Source of the DNA: Candidatus Aenigmatarchaeota archaeon
GTDB taxonomy: Archaea > Aenigmatarchaeota > Aenigmatarchaeia > CG10238-14 > SpSt-28
Assembly: GCA_018920305.1 (NCBI GenBank)
Contig: JAHLMO010000002.1
Span: 7,580-71,579, forward strand
Direction: 5' to 3'
Length of the DNA stretch: 64,000 nt
Positions 9,256-19,275 of this stretch are shown here, piece after piece (position 1 is the stretch's first letter; the number at the start of each line of letters is the position of its first letter). Position numbers and translations under genes: made by a program. Below the pieces are notes generated by a model, which was not told the origin of the DNA, made no database searches, and was given only the letters and a program-made list of their open reading frames with translations.

Positions 9256-10506
9256 TTGATATTTATGGTTTCGATGTTAGAAAATGTAATAAAAACATAT
9301 AGAAGAGGGATAGAATTAAATAATTATCCAAAGGATTTTGAAGAGTTAATTTTAAAACCTCAAAGGATTTTGCATGTAAACATTCCAATAAAAACATCTA
9401 AAGGTTTAAAAGTTTTTGAAGCATACAGAGTTCAACACAATAATTTTTTAGGACCATACAAAGGAGGAATTAGATATTATGAAAATGTTACATTAGAAGA
9501 TGATATTGCTTTAGCAATGATAATGACACTAAAAAATAGTTTAAATAATTTACCATACGGAGGAGCAAAGGGTGCAATAAAAGTTAATCCAAAAGAATTG
9601 AGCATCGAAGAATTAGAAAAGCTAAGTAGAGAATATATAAGAGCAATTAGTATAATAATAGGGAAAGAAATAGATATTCCAGCTCCAGATTTAGGAACAA
9701 ATTCTCAAATAATGGCTTGGATGATAGATGAATTATCTAAAATAGAAGGTTTCAATTCATTTGCTACAATAACCTCTAAACCATTAGAATTATTTGGAAA
9801 TCCGATAAGAGAATATGCTACAGGTTATGGAGTAGCCTTTATTTCTAAATTAATTGGAGAAAAAATCTTAGATGGAATAGAAAATAAAAGAGTTTCAATT
9901 CAAGGATTTGGAAATGTTGGTAAATGGAGTGCATATTGGTTAGAAAAGTTCGGTGCTAAAGTTGTTGCTATTTCAGATTCTTCAGGAACAATATATAATG
10001 AAAATGGTTTAGATATAGAAGAGGTCGAAAAAATAAAAATGAAAACAAATAAACTAACAGAATATAAAGATGGTAAAAAAATAGAAGATCCGAATTATTC
10101 TTTGTATGTTGATTGTGATATATTAATTCCTGCAGCTATAGAAAATGTAATTACCCTTAACAACTTTAACAAAATTAAAGCTAAAATAATAGTGGAAGCT
10201 GCTAATAATCCAACTCAATATGAAGCAGAAAAAGAATTATTAAACAAAGATGTTTATATTGTTCCAGATATCTTAGCAAATTCTGGTGGAGTTATTGCTT
10301 CTTATTTGGAATGGATTCAAAATTTGAATTGGTATTTTTGGGATGAAGAAAAAAATAAGAAAGAATTAGAAAAGATTATGAAAAATTCTTTTGAAAAAGT
10401 TTTCAACAAATTTGAAAAAGAGAATTTAAGAAGTTTAAGGGATGCTGCTATCTCTCTATCGTTAGAAAGGTTATATAAAGTAGCAAAAATAAGGGGCTAT
10501 ATTTAG
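9256..10506 (+). CDS. gdhA: Glutamate dehydrogenase
   Basis: KGGIRY and GGAKGAI Glu/Leu/Phe/Val dehydrogenase motifs; Rossmann GFGNVG. Confidence 0.85.
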   Translation: MIFMVSMLENVIKTYRRGIELNNYPKDFEELILKPQRILHVNIPIKTSKGLKVFEAYRVQHNNFLGPYKGGIRYYENVTLEDDIALAMIMTLKNSLNNLPYGGAKGAIKVNPKELSIEELEKLSREYIRAISIIIGKEIDIPAPDLGTNSQIMAWMIDELSKIEGFNSFATITSKPLELFGNPIREYATGYGVAFISKLIGEKILDGIENKRVSIQGFGNVGKWSAYWLEKFGAKVVAISDSSGTIYNENGLDIEEVEKIKMKTNKLTEYKDGKKIEDPNYSLYVDCDILIPAAIENVITLNNFNKIKAKIIVEAANNPTQYEAEKELLNKDVYIVPDILANSGGVIASYLEWIQNLNWYFWDEEKNKKELEKIMKNSFEKVFNKFEKENLRSLRDAAISLSLERLYKVAKIRGYI

Positions 10507-10520
10507 ATTTATCTTATTCA

Positions 10521-12353
10521 TTAAGTAAATGCTTCAATTTTCTCCTTCTTAACTATAGCTTTTAGAATTTCTTTTCCAAATTCACTTTCTTTATTTAGTT
10601 TTATTGTGTTATCTTTTCCAATATTTGCTGAAAATAAAAACTTTCCATTAATGTAAAATTTTACAGATTTACCTACTAAGTTTTCGAAAAATTTAAATAC
10701 TATAGAATTTCCAGTTTCAGAAATTAGGAAATCAACTTTTTTTCCTAAAGATGGTGTTTTTGGTTCTACATCTATAGAAATTCCCAAAATCTCTTCTAAT
10801 TTTTTTATTGTTTTTCCTTCTTTTCCAATAATTTTTGGAAGAACTTCGTTATCAACTTTTATTAATACTTTATTTTCGTTTAATATTTCTATTTCAGCAT
10901 TCTTATCAAATCTATCAATAAATTCTTTAATTCTTTGCTTAGCTAATTCATATATAGCATTTTTTCTTTTTTCTTCTTCTATTGGAACAACAACATTTTC
11001 TTCTCCAAAGGTATAAATTTCATATTCTAACTTACCACTTTCAAAATCTCTAACTTCAACTACAGGTCTAGCTAAGTCTTCTTCAGTCATACCTGTAGGA
11101 ACTTTAACTTTAATTTCTAAGGTTAAAATTTTTTTAATTTCTCCGTCTTTTATAAAAATTATTGTATCAACTATATGTGGTAACATTCCTAATTCATATC
11201 TACTTAAAAATCTTTGAATAGCATCTATTGCATCGCTTGCATGTACTACTCCTATCATTCCTATACCAGCTAATCTTAAATCAGCAAATATTTCAAAATC
11301 TTTCGTTTTTCTTATTTCATCAAAAGCAACATAATCTGGTCTAACTAATAATAAAATATCTGCAGTTTTTTCAAACGAATTTTCTAGAGGACCATATTGA
11401 GTAACTTCCTTAGGAACTTGTAAATCTCTAGGACTTTCCAAGGTTTTTACTATTTTTCCTTTTTTTAGGTAAAATTCTATTAAAGAGCTACAAAAAGTAG
11501 ATTTACCAGATCCAGGGGGACCACAAATTATTATTCCTTCTGCTTTTTTTTCTAATCTTTCTATTAATTTTTTACTGGGCTTATAATCTTCCAAACTTAG
11601 CTTAACTATTGGTTTTATAACAGTAATTTCATATGAACTAGAAAATGGTGGTTTAGCAATAGCAATTCTATAATTTTTCATTTGAATTACAATAGCGTTT
11701 TCCCTTATTATTTCAAAATAGGAGTTTTCATCTCTTCTCGCAAATTCTATAATTTCTTTTATCATTTCTTCAATTTCATCTCTACTTATTACTTCCTCTC
11801 TTAACTTAACTAAACTCCAATTTCCAGGTTTACCTTTTTTTGCATATGGACTAACGTTTTCTTTTAAATGGATGCTTAAAGTTTCTTCATCGAAAAAACT
11901 TTCAAATTTTAACTTTTCTTTAAGAAAAATTTCAGGAGCGATATAAATTACTTTTGTACCTTCTGCCTCAGCTACTAGTGCTTGAATATAGTCAGAAGTT
12001 AATAAATATGCATTTTCTCTTTTTGCAATATCTCTAATTAATGCATCAATTCTACCTCCTCTAGCTAATTTAATATCTTCTAGGCTAGGTCTTTCTCCTA
12101 CAAACTTAATCAATATATTTTTTGTTTCTGCTTTTTCTCTAATTTCTTTTATTTCATTTAATCCAATAATCCCTTCTTTTCTTCCTTTCGATGCTTGATT
12201 TTGTAATTCATCTAAAGAAGGAATTGGAATAATTATTTCTTTTAAATTTTTAAATTTATCAAAATTTTGACTTACAAATTTATCAATAATTATAGAAGTA
12301 TCTAAGCAAATTTTTTCGGCAATTTCAATTTTTTTATTTATTTCTTCCTCCAT
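10521..12353 (-). CDS. PIN-domain / PilT-like ATPase with C-terminal KH domain (PINA-type ATPase, COG1855)
   Basis: Walker A CGPPGSGKSTF; C-terminal KH GKEGKTIKKLEEILG; N-terminal PIN-like segment. Confidence 0.7.
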   Translation of the reverse strand: MEEEINKKIEIAEKICLDTSIIIDKFVSQNFDKFKNLKEIIIPIPSLDELQNQASKGRKEGIIGLNEIKEIREKAETKNILIKFVGERPSLEDIKLARGGRIDALIRDIAKRENAYLLTSDYIQALVAEAEGTKVIYIAPEIFLKEKLKFESFFDEETLSIHLKENVSPYAKKGKPGNWSLVKLREEVISRDEIEEMIKEIIEFARRDENSYFEIIRENAIVIQMKNYRIAIAKPPFSSSYEITVIKPIVKLSLEDYKPSKKLIERLEKKAEGIIICGPPGSGKSTFCSSLIEFYLKKGKIVKTLESPRDLQVPKEVTQYGPLENSFEKTADILLLVRPDYVAFDEIRKTKDFEIFADLRLAGIGMIGVVHASDAIDAIQRFLSRYELGMLPHIVDTIIFIKDGEIKKILTLEIKVKVPTGMTEEDLARPVVEVRDFESGKLEYEIYTFGEENVVVPIEEEKRKNAIYELAKQRIKEFIDRFDKNAEIEILNENKVLIKVDNEVLPKIIGKEGKTIKKLEEILGISIDVEPKTPSLGKKVDFLISETGNSIVFKFFENLVGKSVKFYINGKFLFSANIGKDNTIKLNKESEFGKEILKAIVKKEKIEAFT

Positions 12354-12384
12354 AAGAAATTGATAATAAGAATTTAAATAACCC

Positions 12385-13749
12385 CTATTTCAAAGAATGT
12401 AAGAATTCTATTAATAACCTTACTCCAAAGCCAGTAGCATATTTATTTATCCAATTTTCTTTTCTTGGATATATTGCTGGACCAGCTATATCTAAGTGAA
12501 TCCATTTTTTATTTTTTACAAATTCTCTAATAAATAATGCACCTACAATACTTCCAGCTTCTCTCGATGTAGGAGATCTAACATTTGCTAAATCTGCTCT
12601 TTCACTTTTTATTAATTCTCTATAAAATGATGGCAAAGGCATTCTCCAAACATATTCTCTTTTTTTCTTTCCAATTTCAAATAATTTTTTAGAAAGTTGA
12701 TTATCGTTTGAATACATAGCAGCGATTTTATAACCTAAAGCAACTATTTGTGCACCAGTTAGTGTTGCAACATCAATTATTAATTCTGGATCAAATTTTT
12801 TAATTCCATATTGAATAGCATCTGCTAAAACAATTCTTCCTTCTGCATCAGTATGCACTATTTCAACATATTTATCTCCAATTTTTATTATATCGCTTTG
12901 TTTTATTGCATTTTCACTAATTATATTTTCTGCTAGAGGAATTAAACCAACAACATTTAATGGTAAATTTAGCTTAGAAATAGCATAAAATATTCCAACT
13001 ATTGCAGCTGCACCACTTTTATCTGCAAACATTTCATACATATATTCAGCTGGTTTAACATTTATTCCACCAGCATCAAAACACAAACCTTTACCTACTA
13101 ACATTATTGGTTTTTTGTTTTTATCTTCTGCTTGAAAATACTTTAAGATTAATAATCTTGGTTTATTTTTTGAAGAATTACCAATTGCCAATATTCCTTC
13201 TAATTTTTCTCTTTCTAAATCTTTCTCATTTAAAACATCTATATAAACATTTGGAACTTCTTCAAATATTTCATATACTTTTTCTACAAATGCTTGTGGA
13301 TAAAGCTTATTAGACGGTTCATTACCTAAATCTCTTGCAATATAAACTGCTTGAGAAATTATTTTAGATTTAGTTAAGCTTGTTTTATCTATTCCAAAAA
13401 TTTTTATATAGATCTTTTTTTCTTTCTTTTTACTTTTATATTTATCGAATTCGTAGGCACTTAGATACAAACTTTCGATAAAATTTTCTTTTTTTAAATT
13501 TTCATTTAAGTTTTCTATATTTATACAAACTTTTTCAAGATTTAAATTATTAATTAATTCATAGATTTTGCTAGCTAATATCATTTCATTCTTTAAAAAA
13601 CTAACATAAATAATTTGTTTTCCTTTCTCCTCTTCTACAATTTTGAATCTAAACTCCTTTGAAAAATCTTTTCCAAATCTTTCATCCTTTATAATTTCAA
13701 CTAGAGGATATTCTTTCTCTATTGCAATCTCTAATCTTAAATTAACCAT
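12385..13749 (-). CDS. pepA: Leucyl aminopeptidase (M17 family)
   Basis: M17 signature VHTDAEGRIVLAD; NVKPAEYMYEMFADKSGAA. Confidence 0.8.
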   Translation of the reverse strand: MVNLRLEIAIEKEYPLVEIIKDERFGKDFSKEFRFKIVEEEKGKQIIYVSFLKNEMILASKIYELINNLNLEKVCINIENLNENLKKENFIESLYLSAYEFDKYKSKKKEKKIYIKIFGIDKTSLTKSKIISQAVYIARDLGNEPSNKLYPQAFVEKVYEIFEEVPNVYIDVLNEKDLEREKLEGILAIGNSSKNKPRLLILKYFQAEDKNKKPIMLVGKGLCFDAGGINVKPAEYMYEMFADKSGAAAIVGIFYAISKLNLPLNVVGLIPLAENIISENAIKQSDIIKIGDKYVEIVHTDAEGRIVLADAIQYGIKKFDPELIIDVATLTGAQIVALGYKIAAMYSNDNQLSKKLFEIGKKKREYVWRMPLPSFYRELIKSERADLANVRSPTSREAGSIVGALFIREFVKNKKWIHLDIAGPAIYPRKENWINKYATGFGVRLLIEFLHSLK

Positions 13750-13770
13750 AAATAAGTAGTAAAAAAATAT

Positions 13771-14070
13771 TTATATTTTTTCTATTTTTATATCTTTTGT
13801 TGTAAGAAGTAAGTAGTTGTCATCTATTAAAATTAAATTTAATTTATAAAGATTTCCAAACCTCTTAAATTCTTTAATTACGTTTTGATAATCAGAAATA
13901 TTTTTTATTCCTTTCAAATTTACCAAAACAACTTTTTTTTCTAAAACTTTTTTTATCACTCTTTCAGTATCTCTTATATCTATTACTTTTTCTATTTTTA
14001 TTTTACTTTCGGCTTTTTCTTCTTTCTCTGGAAGTTCAATAATTTCTTCTCTTTTTTCTCTCATAATCAA
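13771..14070 (-). CDS. Possible SepF-like (DUF552) cell-division protein
   Basis: Pattern VLVNL..(Q)..I.EF...G.LYKL..I.DNYLLLT resembles the SepF core; 99 aa; overlaps the upstream membrane-protein gene by 4 nt. Confidence 0.35.
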   Translation of the reverse strand: MIMREKREEIIELPEKEEKAESKIKIEKVIDIRDTERVIKKVLEKKVVLVNLKGIKNISDYQNVIKEFKRFGNLYKLNLILIDDNYLLLTTKDIKIEKI

Positions 14071-14720
14071 ATAGATAGAAATGTAGATTTTATATTATTT
14101 ACATAACCTTCTATCTTTATTTCGTCATCTTTGAGAACGAAATTTATTTTTATTATTTTATCTAAAACTAAACAATCATTATATATTTTTTGTTCAATTT
14201 TTTTGCCTCCAAAAACAACAGAAAGAGAAGAGTTCGTAACACAAACATCAACAGAATTAGAAGTTATTAAAACGTTTAAGTTTTTTAGGTTTTCTAGTTT
14301 AATCTTTACATTAAATTTTTCTTTGCTAGAAAATTTTAAATCATCTAAATCTAGATAGTTTGTTTTAGCAGAAATATAAATATTGTCTGAATAATATCTT
14401 AATATACAATTTTTTTCGCATTTTAAGAGAATCTTAGAAATATTTTTAGAAATTTTTGAAAGCGATAATTTATCTATTTCGATTTCTCCTAATATTCCGC
14501 TAGTGCTTAAATCGAATTTACCATTTTTTATTTCGAGTTGAGAATCTCTACTAGATTCTATCTTAAAATAAATTATTTTCTCTTCCTTTCGTTGAAGGTA
14601 TGAGAAAAATCCAGATAACATGTTCGTGGAATATTGTTGAAGAGGAGTTTTTGTGAATAGAAGATAAAGTAAAAAACTTATACCTAATACAATTAGAAAT
14701 TCTCTCATTAAACCTTTCAT
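14067..14720 (-). CDS. Hypothetical membrane-anchored/secreted protein (N-terminal TM helix)
   Basis: Hydrophobic N-terminus LIVLGISFLLYLLF; ORF. Confidence 0.3.
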   Translation of the reverse strand: MKGLMREFLIVLGISFLLYLLFTKTPLQQYSTNMLSGFFSYLQRKEEKIIYFKIESSRDSQLEIKNGKFDLSTSGILGEIEIDKLSLSKISKNISKILLKCEKNCILRYYSDNIYISAKTNYLDLDDLKFSSKEKFNVKIKLENLKNLNVLITSNSVDVCVTNSSLSVVFGGKKIEQKIYNDCLVLDKIIKINFVLKDDEIKIEGYVNNIKSTFLSI

Positions 14721-14756
14721 AAAGTATTTATAAGTTATAAATCTATAAAAATATGT

Positions 14757-15920
14757 ATGATAGGCAATCTCTTCGACATTTATTGGATCTTTTTTATTTT
14801 ATTCTTTTTTCTTTTTCCAATTATTTATCCTAGAGTTGTCTTAGCACAAGCATTATATTTTATAAATTCGATGATAGAAAAAGTTTCTGATTCTATAGAA
14901 AGATCTAAAAGAAAATTCATTAGGATCATTAATCCAAAAGTATCTTCAGATAAGATATTTGAGAAATTAGATTTCATAACTATTGAACCTACTAGTTTAG
15001 ATCCATTCGGAATAGTAAATAAATTAGAATTTATTTTAAATCAAAGTAGTGAAAAAATAGAAAGTTATATAAGAAAATTTTCAAATGAAAAGGATGAAGA
15101 AAAGTTAAAAAATTATAAGCTACTTTTTGAAATATTAATAGTGAAAAATATTATTAAAAAGATTTTAGAACATTACAGAGAAATAATAAAAAAGTATAGA
15201 AATTTACAGATTGCTCTTTTTATTCAATTTCAATTACCAATTATTGATAGAATTTTTAAATCTTATGAAAATGGATTCGAAACTGTTTTAAATAATTTAC
15301 CAATAGGAGATGGAATAGGTCCGTTGGTTATCGCTAACCTAATAAGTAAAGAAGATAAAATAAAAGAGATTGAAGAATGCATAGTTGTAAAGAAAAAATT
15401 ATTTGGTAAAGAAGTTATTTTAATAAGAGCTAAGGGTCCAGGTGCTAGATTAGGTAGACTTCATAAAGCTTTAGAAAATGTTTTAAAGAAAGAAAAAAAT
15501 ATCGATAAAATAATAACTATCGATGCTGCTTTAAAATTGGAAGGAGAAGAAACCGGAAGTATTGCTGAAGGTATTGGAGTAGCAATAGGTGGAGTTGGGG
15601 TAGAAAAGTTTAACATAGAAACTATAGCAACGAGAAAAAAAATTAGAATGGAGGCAATTGCAATAAAAATGAGTTCTGAAGAAGCAATAAAGATTATGAA
15701 TCCAAAGATATATGAAAGTGTAGATAAGGTAATTGAAAGATTAAAAGAATTATTAGAAGATTCGAAAAAAGCTATAATTATTGGTGTTGGAAATTCTGTT
15801 GGAGTTCCTAATACAAAAGAAGAATTAGAAAATTTGAAAGAAAAAGTTAAAGATTTTTGGGAAAAATATGGAAAAGAAATAGAAAAGAGGAGTTGGTTAG
15901 ATAAATTATTTGGAATTTAA
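14757..15920 (+). CDS. Hypothetical membrane-anchored protein (DUF1512-like?)
   Basis: N-terminal TM segment, 387 aa, archaeal-only-looking architecture. Confidence 0.3.
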   Translation: MIGNLFDIYWIFFILFFFLFPIIYPRVVLAQALYFINSMIEKVSDSIERSKRKFIRIINPKVSSDKIFEKLDFITIEPTSLDPFGIVNKLEFILNQSSEKIESYIRKFSNEKDEEKLKNYKLLFEILIVKNIIKKILEHYREIIKKYRNLQIALFIQFQLPIIDRIFKSYENGFETVLNNLPIGDGIGPLVIANLISKEDKIKEIEECIVVKKKLFGKEVILIRAKGPGARLGRLHKALENVLKKEKNIDKIITIDAALKLEGEETGSIAEGIGVAIGGVGVEKFNIETIATRKKIRMEAIAIKMSSEEAIKIMNPKIYESVDKVIERLKELLEDSKKAIIIGVGNSVGVPNTKEELENLKEKVKDFWEKYGKEIEKRSWLDKLFGI

Positions 15921-16093
15921 ACATCGCTAGCTCTTAAGGTTGATCTTCCGTTTGCTTTTGCTCTTTCAATAGCTCTTTTTATTAGAGCTTCAACTTCTTT
16001 ATCTAAAGCTTCGAAAAACTCGTCGCTTATTCTCATATCTTTTACAACTTCTCTTACTGCGCTTCTTACAACAAGAGCTCTTTTCTCTGCCAT
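15917..16093 (-). CDS. Small (58 aa) histone-fold-like DNA-binding protein; not in the ORF track
   Basis: MAEKRALVVRSAVREVVKDMRISDEFFEALDKEVEALIKRAIERAKANGRSTLRASDV resembles the alpha2-L2-alpha3 portion of archaeal histones (..ARHAGRKTIKAEDI). Locally GC-richer codons. Confidence 0.35.
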   Translation of the reverse strand: MAEKRALVVRSAVREVVKDMRISDEFFEALDKEVEALIKRAIERAKANGRSTLRASDV

Positions 16094-16175
16094 GAAAAAA
16101 TTATAAGGCTAAAAAATATATATTAAAACTAACTAATTTATTTAGGAAAATGTAAAGTAAGATAAGGCGTAAAAA

Positions 16176-16183
16176 TTATAAAT
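16176..16183 (+). promoter_or_regulatory. TATA box (ttataaat) with A-rich BRE, ~22-27 nt upstream of the rpl10e ATG. Suggests a leaderless transcript.
   Basis: Match to the archaeal TATA consensus; spacing. Confidence 0.4.
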
Positions 16184-16202
16184 ATTATTTGAAGTTATAT
16201 TT

Positions 16203-16718
16203 ATGGCATTAAGACCTGGGAGATGTTTTAGAAGGATAGAAAGGCCATATACTAGAATTTCTTATAGAGTCAAAAGTAAAAATTATATTGCAGGGGCACC
16301 TCCAGCAAAAGTTAGGCAATATGAAATGGGAAATAAGAATTTAACAGACTATATAGAATTAAAATTGATTGCCAAAGAGGATGTTCAAGTTAGAGATAAT
16401 GCCTTAGAAGCAGCTAGAGTTATATGTAATAAGTTTTTAGAAAGAAAAGTAGGAAATTCGAATTATTATTTAAAAATTATAAAATATCCCCATCATGTAT
16501 TAAGGGAACATCCAATAGCTATGGGTGCAGGTGCCGATAGATATAGTCAAGGAATGAGATTAGCATTTGGTAGACCTATAGGTAGGGCAGTTCAATTGTT
16601 TAAGGGAGAGGCGATAATTTTATTGAGAATTAAAAAAGAATTTTTAAATTTAGGTAAGAAAGCATTAGAAATTGCTGCATCTAAACTTCCTAAAGGCTAT
16701 AGAATAGAAGTTTCATGA
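16203..16718 (+). CDS. rpl10e: 50S ribosomal protein L10e (uL16)
   Basis: MALRPGRCFRRIERPYTR...APPAKVRQYEMGN. Confidence 0.9.
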   Translation: MALRPGRCFRRIERPYTRISYRVKSKNYIAGAPPAKVRQYEMGNKNLTDYIELKLIAKEDVQVRDNALEAARVICNKFLERKVGNSNYYLKIIKYPHHVLREHPIAMGAGADRYSQGMRLAFGRPIGRAVQLFKGEAIILLRIKKEFLNLGKKALEIAASKLPKGYRIEVS

Positions 16719-17200
16719 AAATTGCGATATTCAGCGATACTCACGACAATACTGAGAATATTTTAAAATTAATTTCAAAATTAAACAAAATTAAAGTTGA
16801 TTATGCATTTCATTGTGGAGACATTTGTTCGCCTTTTTCAATAAAATTGTTTGAAAAACTTAATGTAAAAAATTTATTTGTAGTATTTGGAAATAATGAT
16901 GGAGATAAAGTAAATTTGATTAAAAATATGCCAAAAAATACTAAGTTTTTTCAAAATTATGGGGAAGTAACTCTTTCTAATAAAAAAATTTTATTTACTC
17001 ATTATGATTTTATTGCAAAAGCCTTTGGATTTTTAAATAAATATGATTATATATTTTTTGGACATACGCATAAAAAGGAAGTTTTAAAAATTAGAAAAAC
17101 TACATTAATCAATCCTGGAGAAATTTTAGGATATTTTTCAAAACCAAGTTTTTGTATATTAGATTTGAAAAACGATAAGTATAAATTTTATAATCTTTAA
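16715..17200 (+). CDS. Metallophosphoesterase (MJ0936/YfcE family)
   Basis: DTHDN, GDICSP, GNND, GHTH motifs. Confidence 0.75.
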   Translation: MKIAIFSDTHDNTENILKLISKLNKIKVDYAFHCGDICSPFSIKLFEKLNVKNLFVVFGNNDGDKVNLIKNMPKNTKFFQNYGEVTLSNKKILFTHYDFIAKAFGFLNKYDYIFFGHTHKKEVLKIRKTTLINPGEILGYFSKPSFCILDLKNDKYKFYNL

Positions 17201-17820
17201 ATATTAGATTTAAATTTGAACGTTGTATCAAAATATCTACTGCCGAATTTTTTATCATAAAAATAATTTAAAAGAAAAATACATTGAGATGTAAAGTATA
17301 AAGTTTTTCCAAGGGAAATAATTTCATTGGAGAAATTTTTACAAATTTCTAATTGTTTTTTATCAATTCCAACAAAATCTCCTAAAACAAATAAAGAATT
17401 TTCGTCTATTTCAACATCTTCAATATTTTTACCATCTAAATCTAAAAGAAAAATCTTAAAATTTCTTTTTTTGTATTCATTTAAAATTTCCTCTAATCCT
17501 TTTCTTTCAACATAAACACCCTTTAAAGCTTCTATAGGTTTTTCTTTTTTCTTATAAAATTTCCAAAGCGAAATTTTAATTAAACTACCTATATCCTTTT
17601 TGCTCCATGGTGTTTCTAAATTAGAAACAATTTTTATTCTTATTGGCGGTTTTGGTGGACCTAATAGAAGAAGATTGAATTCTACATCACTTCTTAATCC
17701 ATTTGATATAAAAAATGCATGAATTATAGAATGAATTGCTATATCTAATCTACCTGCCTTATAAAAGTCTTTTATCTTATATGTAGTGTGACCATGTGAA
17801 ATTAGTAAAAATGCTCGCAT
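17197..17820 (-). CDS. SPOUT methyltransferase, TrmY-like (tRNA pseudouridine54 N1-methyltransferase)?
   Basis: GRLDIAIHSIIHAFF...LLLLGPPKPPIRIKI resembles TrmY/DUF358 (GRLD..., GPP.PP). Confidence 0.45.
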   Translation of the reverse strand: MRAFLLISHGHTTYKIKDFYKAGRLDIAIHSIIHAFFISNGLRSDVEFNLLLLGPPKPPIRIKIVSNLETPWSKKDIGSLIKISLWKFYKKKEKPIEALKGVYVERKGLEEILNEYKKRNFKIFLLDLDGKNIEDVEIDENSLFVLGDFVGIDKKQLEICKNFSNEIISLGKTLYFTSQCIFLLNYFYDKKFGSRYFDTTFKFKSNI

Positions 17821-17868
17821 ATTTTTGTTTTCTCTTTAAAAATAAATTTTTTAAATTTTTAACATTAT

Positions 17869-18027
17869 ATGGCATTACTCAGAGAAATTCCAACTTTTGA
17901 CAAATGTCCAAAATGTGGAAAAGGCGCAAAAATAAAGTATGAACTTATATCTCAAAACGAAAAAACAAGTGTAGTAGTTAAGATTTACGAGTGTTCTTTT
18001 TGTGGTTATAAAGGTCCAAGGATCTAA
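17869..18027 (+). CDS. Small zinc-ribbon protein (52 aa; CPKCG...CSFCG). Overlaps the 3' end of the MFS ORF.
   Basis: CxxC..CxxC; not in the ORF track (<60 aa). Confidence 0.25.
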   Translation: MALLREIPTFDKCPKCGKGAKIKYELISQNEKTSVVVKIYECSFCGYKGPRI

Positions 18028-19255
18028 GTTGAATGATAAATTCTTTAATGAGAGTCGAAAAAAAATCTAGAGATAGAAAAACTGTTTTATATATGCTATC
18101 TAATGAAATTCGTTTATCTTCAAGAAGTTTAGAAAAAATGAAAGATGAGAAAAATCTAAATATAAAAGAAATATAAAAAACGTATTCCAATCCTAATTGT
18201 GCAATAAAACCACCAAAAAGATTACCCAATAATAATCCTAAACCTATAAAAATGTTTAGAAAACCTATTTCGTTAGCAACGTTAAATTTCTTCGAAACAT
18301 AGGTTAAATGCAATATAGAAAAAAGCTGCCAAGAAATTCCCGCGATAAAACTATATAGAATTATTATTGGAAAGCTTTTAGTAGTAACCCAAATAAGAGG
18401 AATTAGAGAAATTAGAAATGTAGAAATTTGAAATAGAGTTGTTATATTAAAACGTTTTTCTAACTTTTTAATAGAGCTTGAAAAAATTAAAAATGAAATC
18501 ATTTCAATACATATAATAATAGACCATTCTACCTCAGAAAGTCCTAGAATATTTTTTAAGAAAACCGAAAAAAATGGACCTGCTATACCTATAGAAAAAT
18601 AAAATAAAAACAGCGATAAAGAATAGTTTCTCAATTTTTCATTCTTTATATTTGATTTTATTTTGTCTTTAACGAGATTAAAATAATTTCTTGGAAATAT
18701 TGGAAGAGATGTTTCATCTTTTTTTCTAATTTCTATTTTTTGAAGTATATAGATGGATAAAATAGAAAATACAAGTGGGATATAAAAAATAAATGATGGA
18801 TAATTAAATTCTTTTATTAATAAGCTAGATGTTATTGTTGCGAGTAGAGTTATAGAAGTATAAATTATAGCTAAATTAGAAATCTTATCAAATGTTTTTT
18901 CCCTAAAAACATTAGATATTATCCATGTATAGCACACAGATATTATCGAACTAGAAATGGCTCTCAATAACATCGATATAAAAAAAAGAAATTCAGTTTT
19001 CGAATAATAAGCAAGGACAAATGATAATCCCCAAATTAATAAAGAAATAGAAAGAGCTTTTTTTATTGTTTTTGGATTAATCAGCGCTAAGGAAATAAAA
19101 AAAGCTAGTACGTAAGAAATGCTTAGAATAGCATTAAAAAATCCAATAAAAAAATAAGAGAAACCCAAACTTAGAGCGTATAAAGTTATAAAAGGCACAA
19201 TAAATTGAGATGCTGTAGATAATAATGCCTCTAATATATAAACTCTTCTTTCCAT
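17978..19255 (-). CDS. MFS-type transporter
   Basis: ~12 predicted TM helices; 425 aa. Confidence 0.55.
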   Translation of the reverse strand: MERRVYILEALLSTASQFIVPFITLYALSLGFSYFFIGFFNAILSISYVLAFFISLALINPKTIKKALSISLLIWGLSFVLAYYSKTEFLFFISMLLRAISSSIISVCYTWIISNVFREKTFDKISNLAIIYTSITLLATITSSLLIKEFNYPSFIFYIPLVFSILSIYILQKIEIRKKDETSLPIFPRNYFNLVKDKIKSNIKNEKLRNYSLSLFLFYFSIGIAGPFFSVFLKNILGLSEVEWSIIICIEMISFLIFSSSIKKLEKRFNITTLFQISTFLISLIPLIWVTTKSFPIIILYSFIAGISWQLFSILHLTYVSKKFNVANEIGFLNIFIGLGLLLGNLFGGFIAQLGLEYVFYISFIFRFFSSFIFSKLLEDKRISLDSIYKTVFLSLDFFSTLIKEFIIQLRSLDLYNHKKNTRKS

Positions 19256-19275
19256 ATTAAAATAATTCTATTTTT

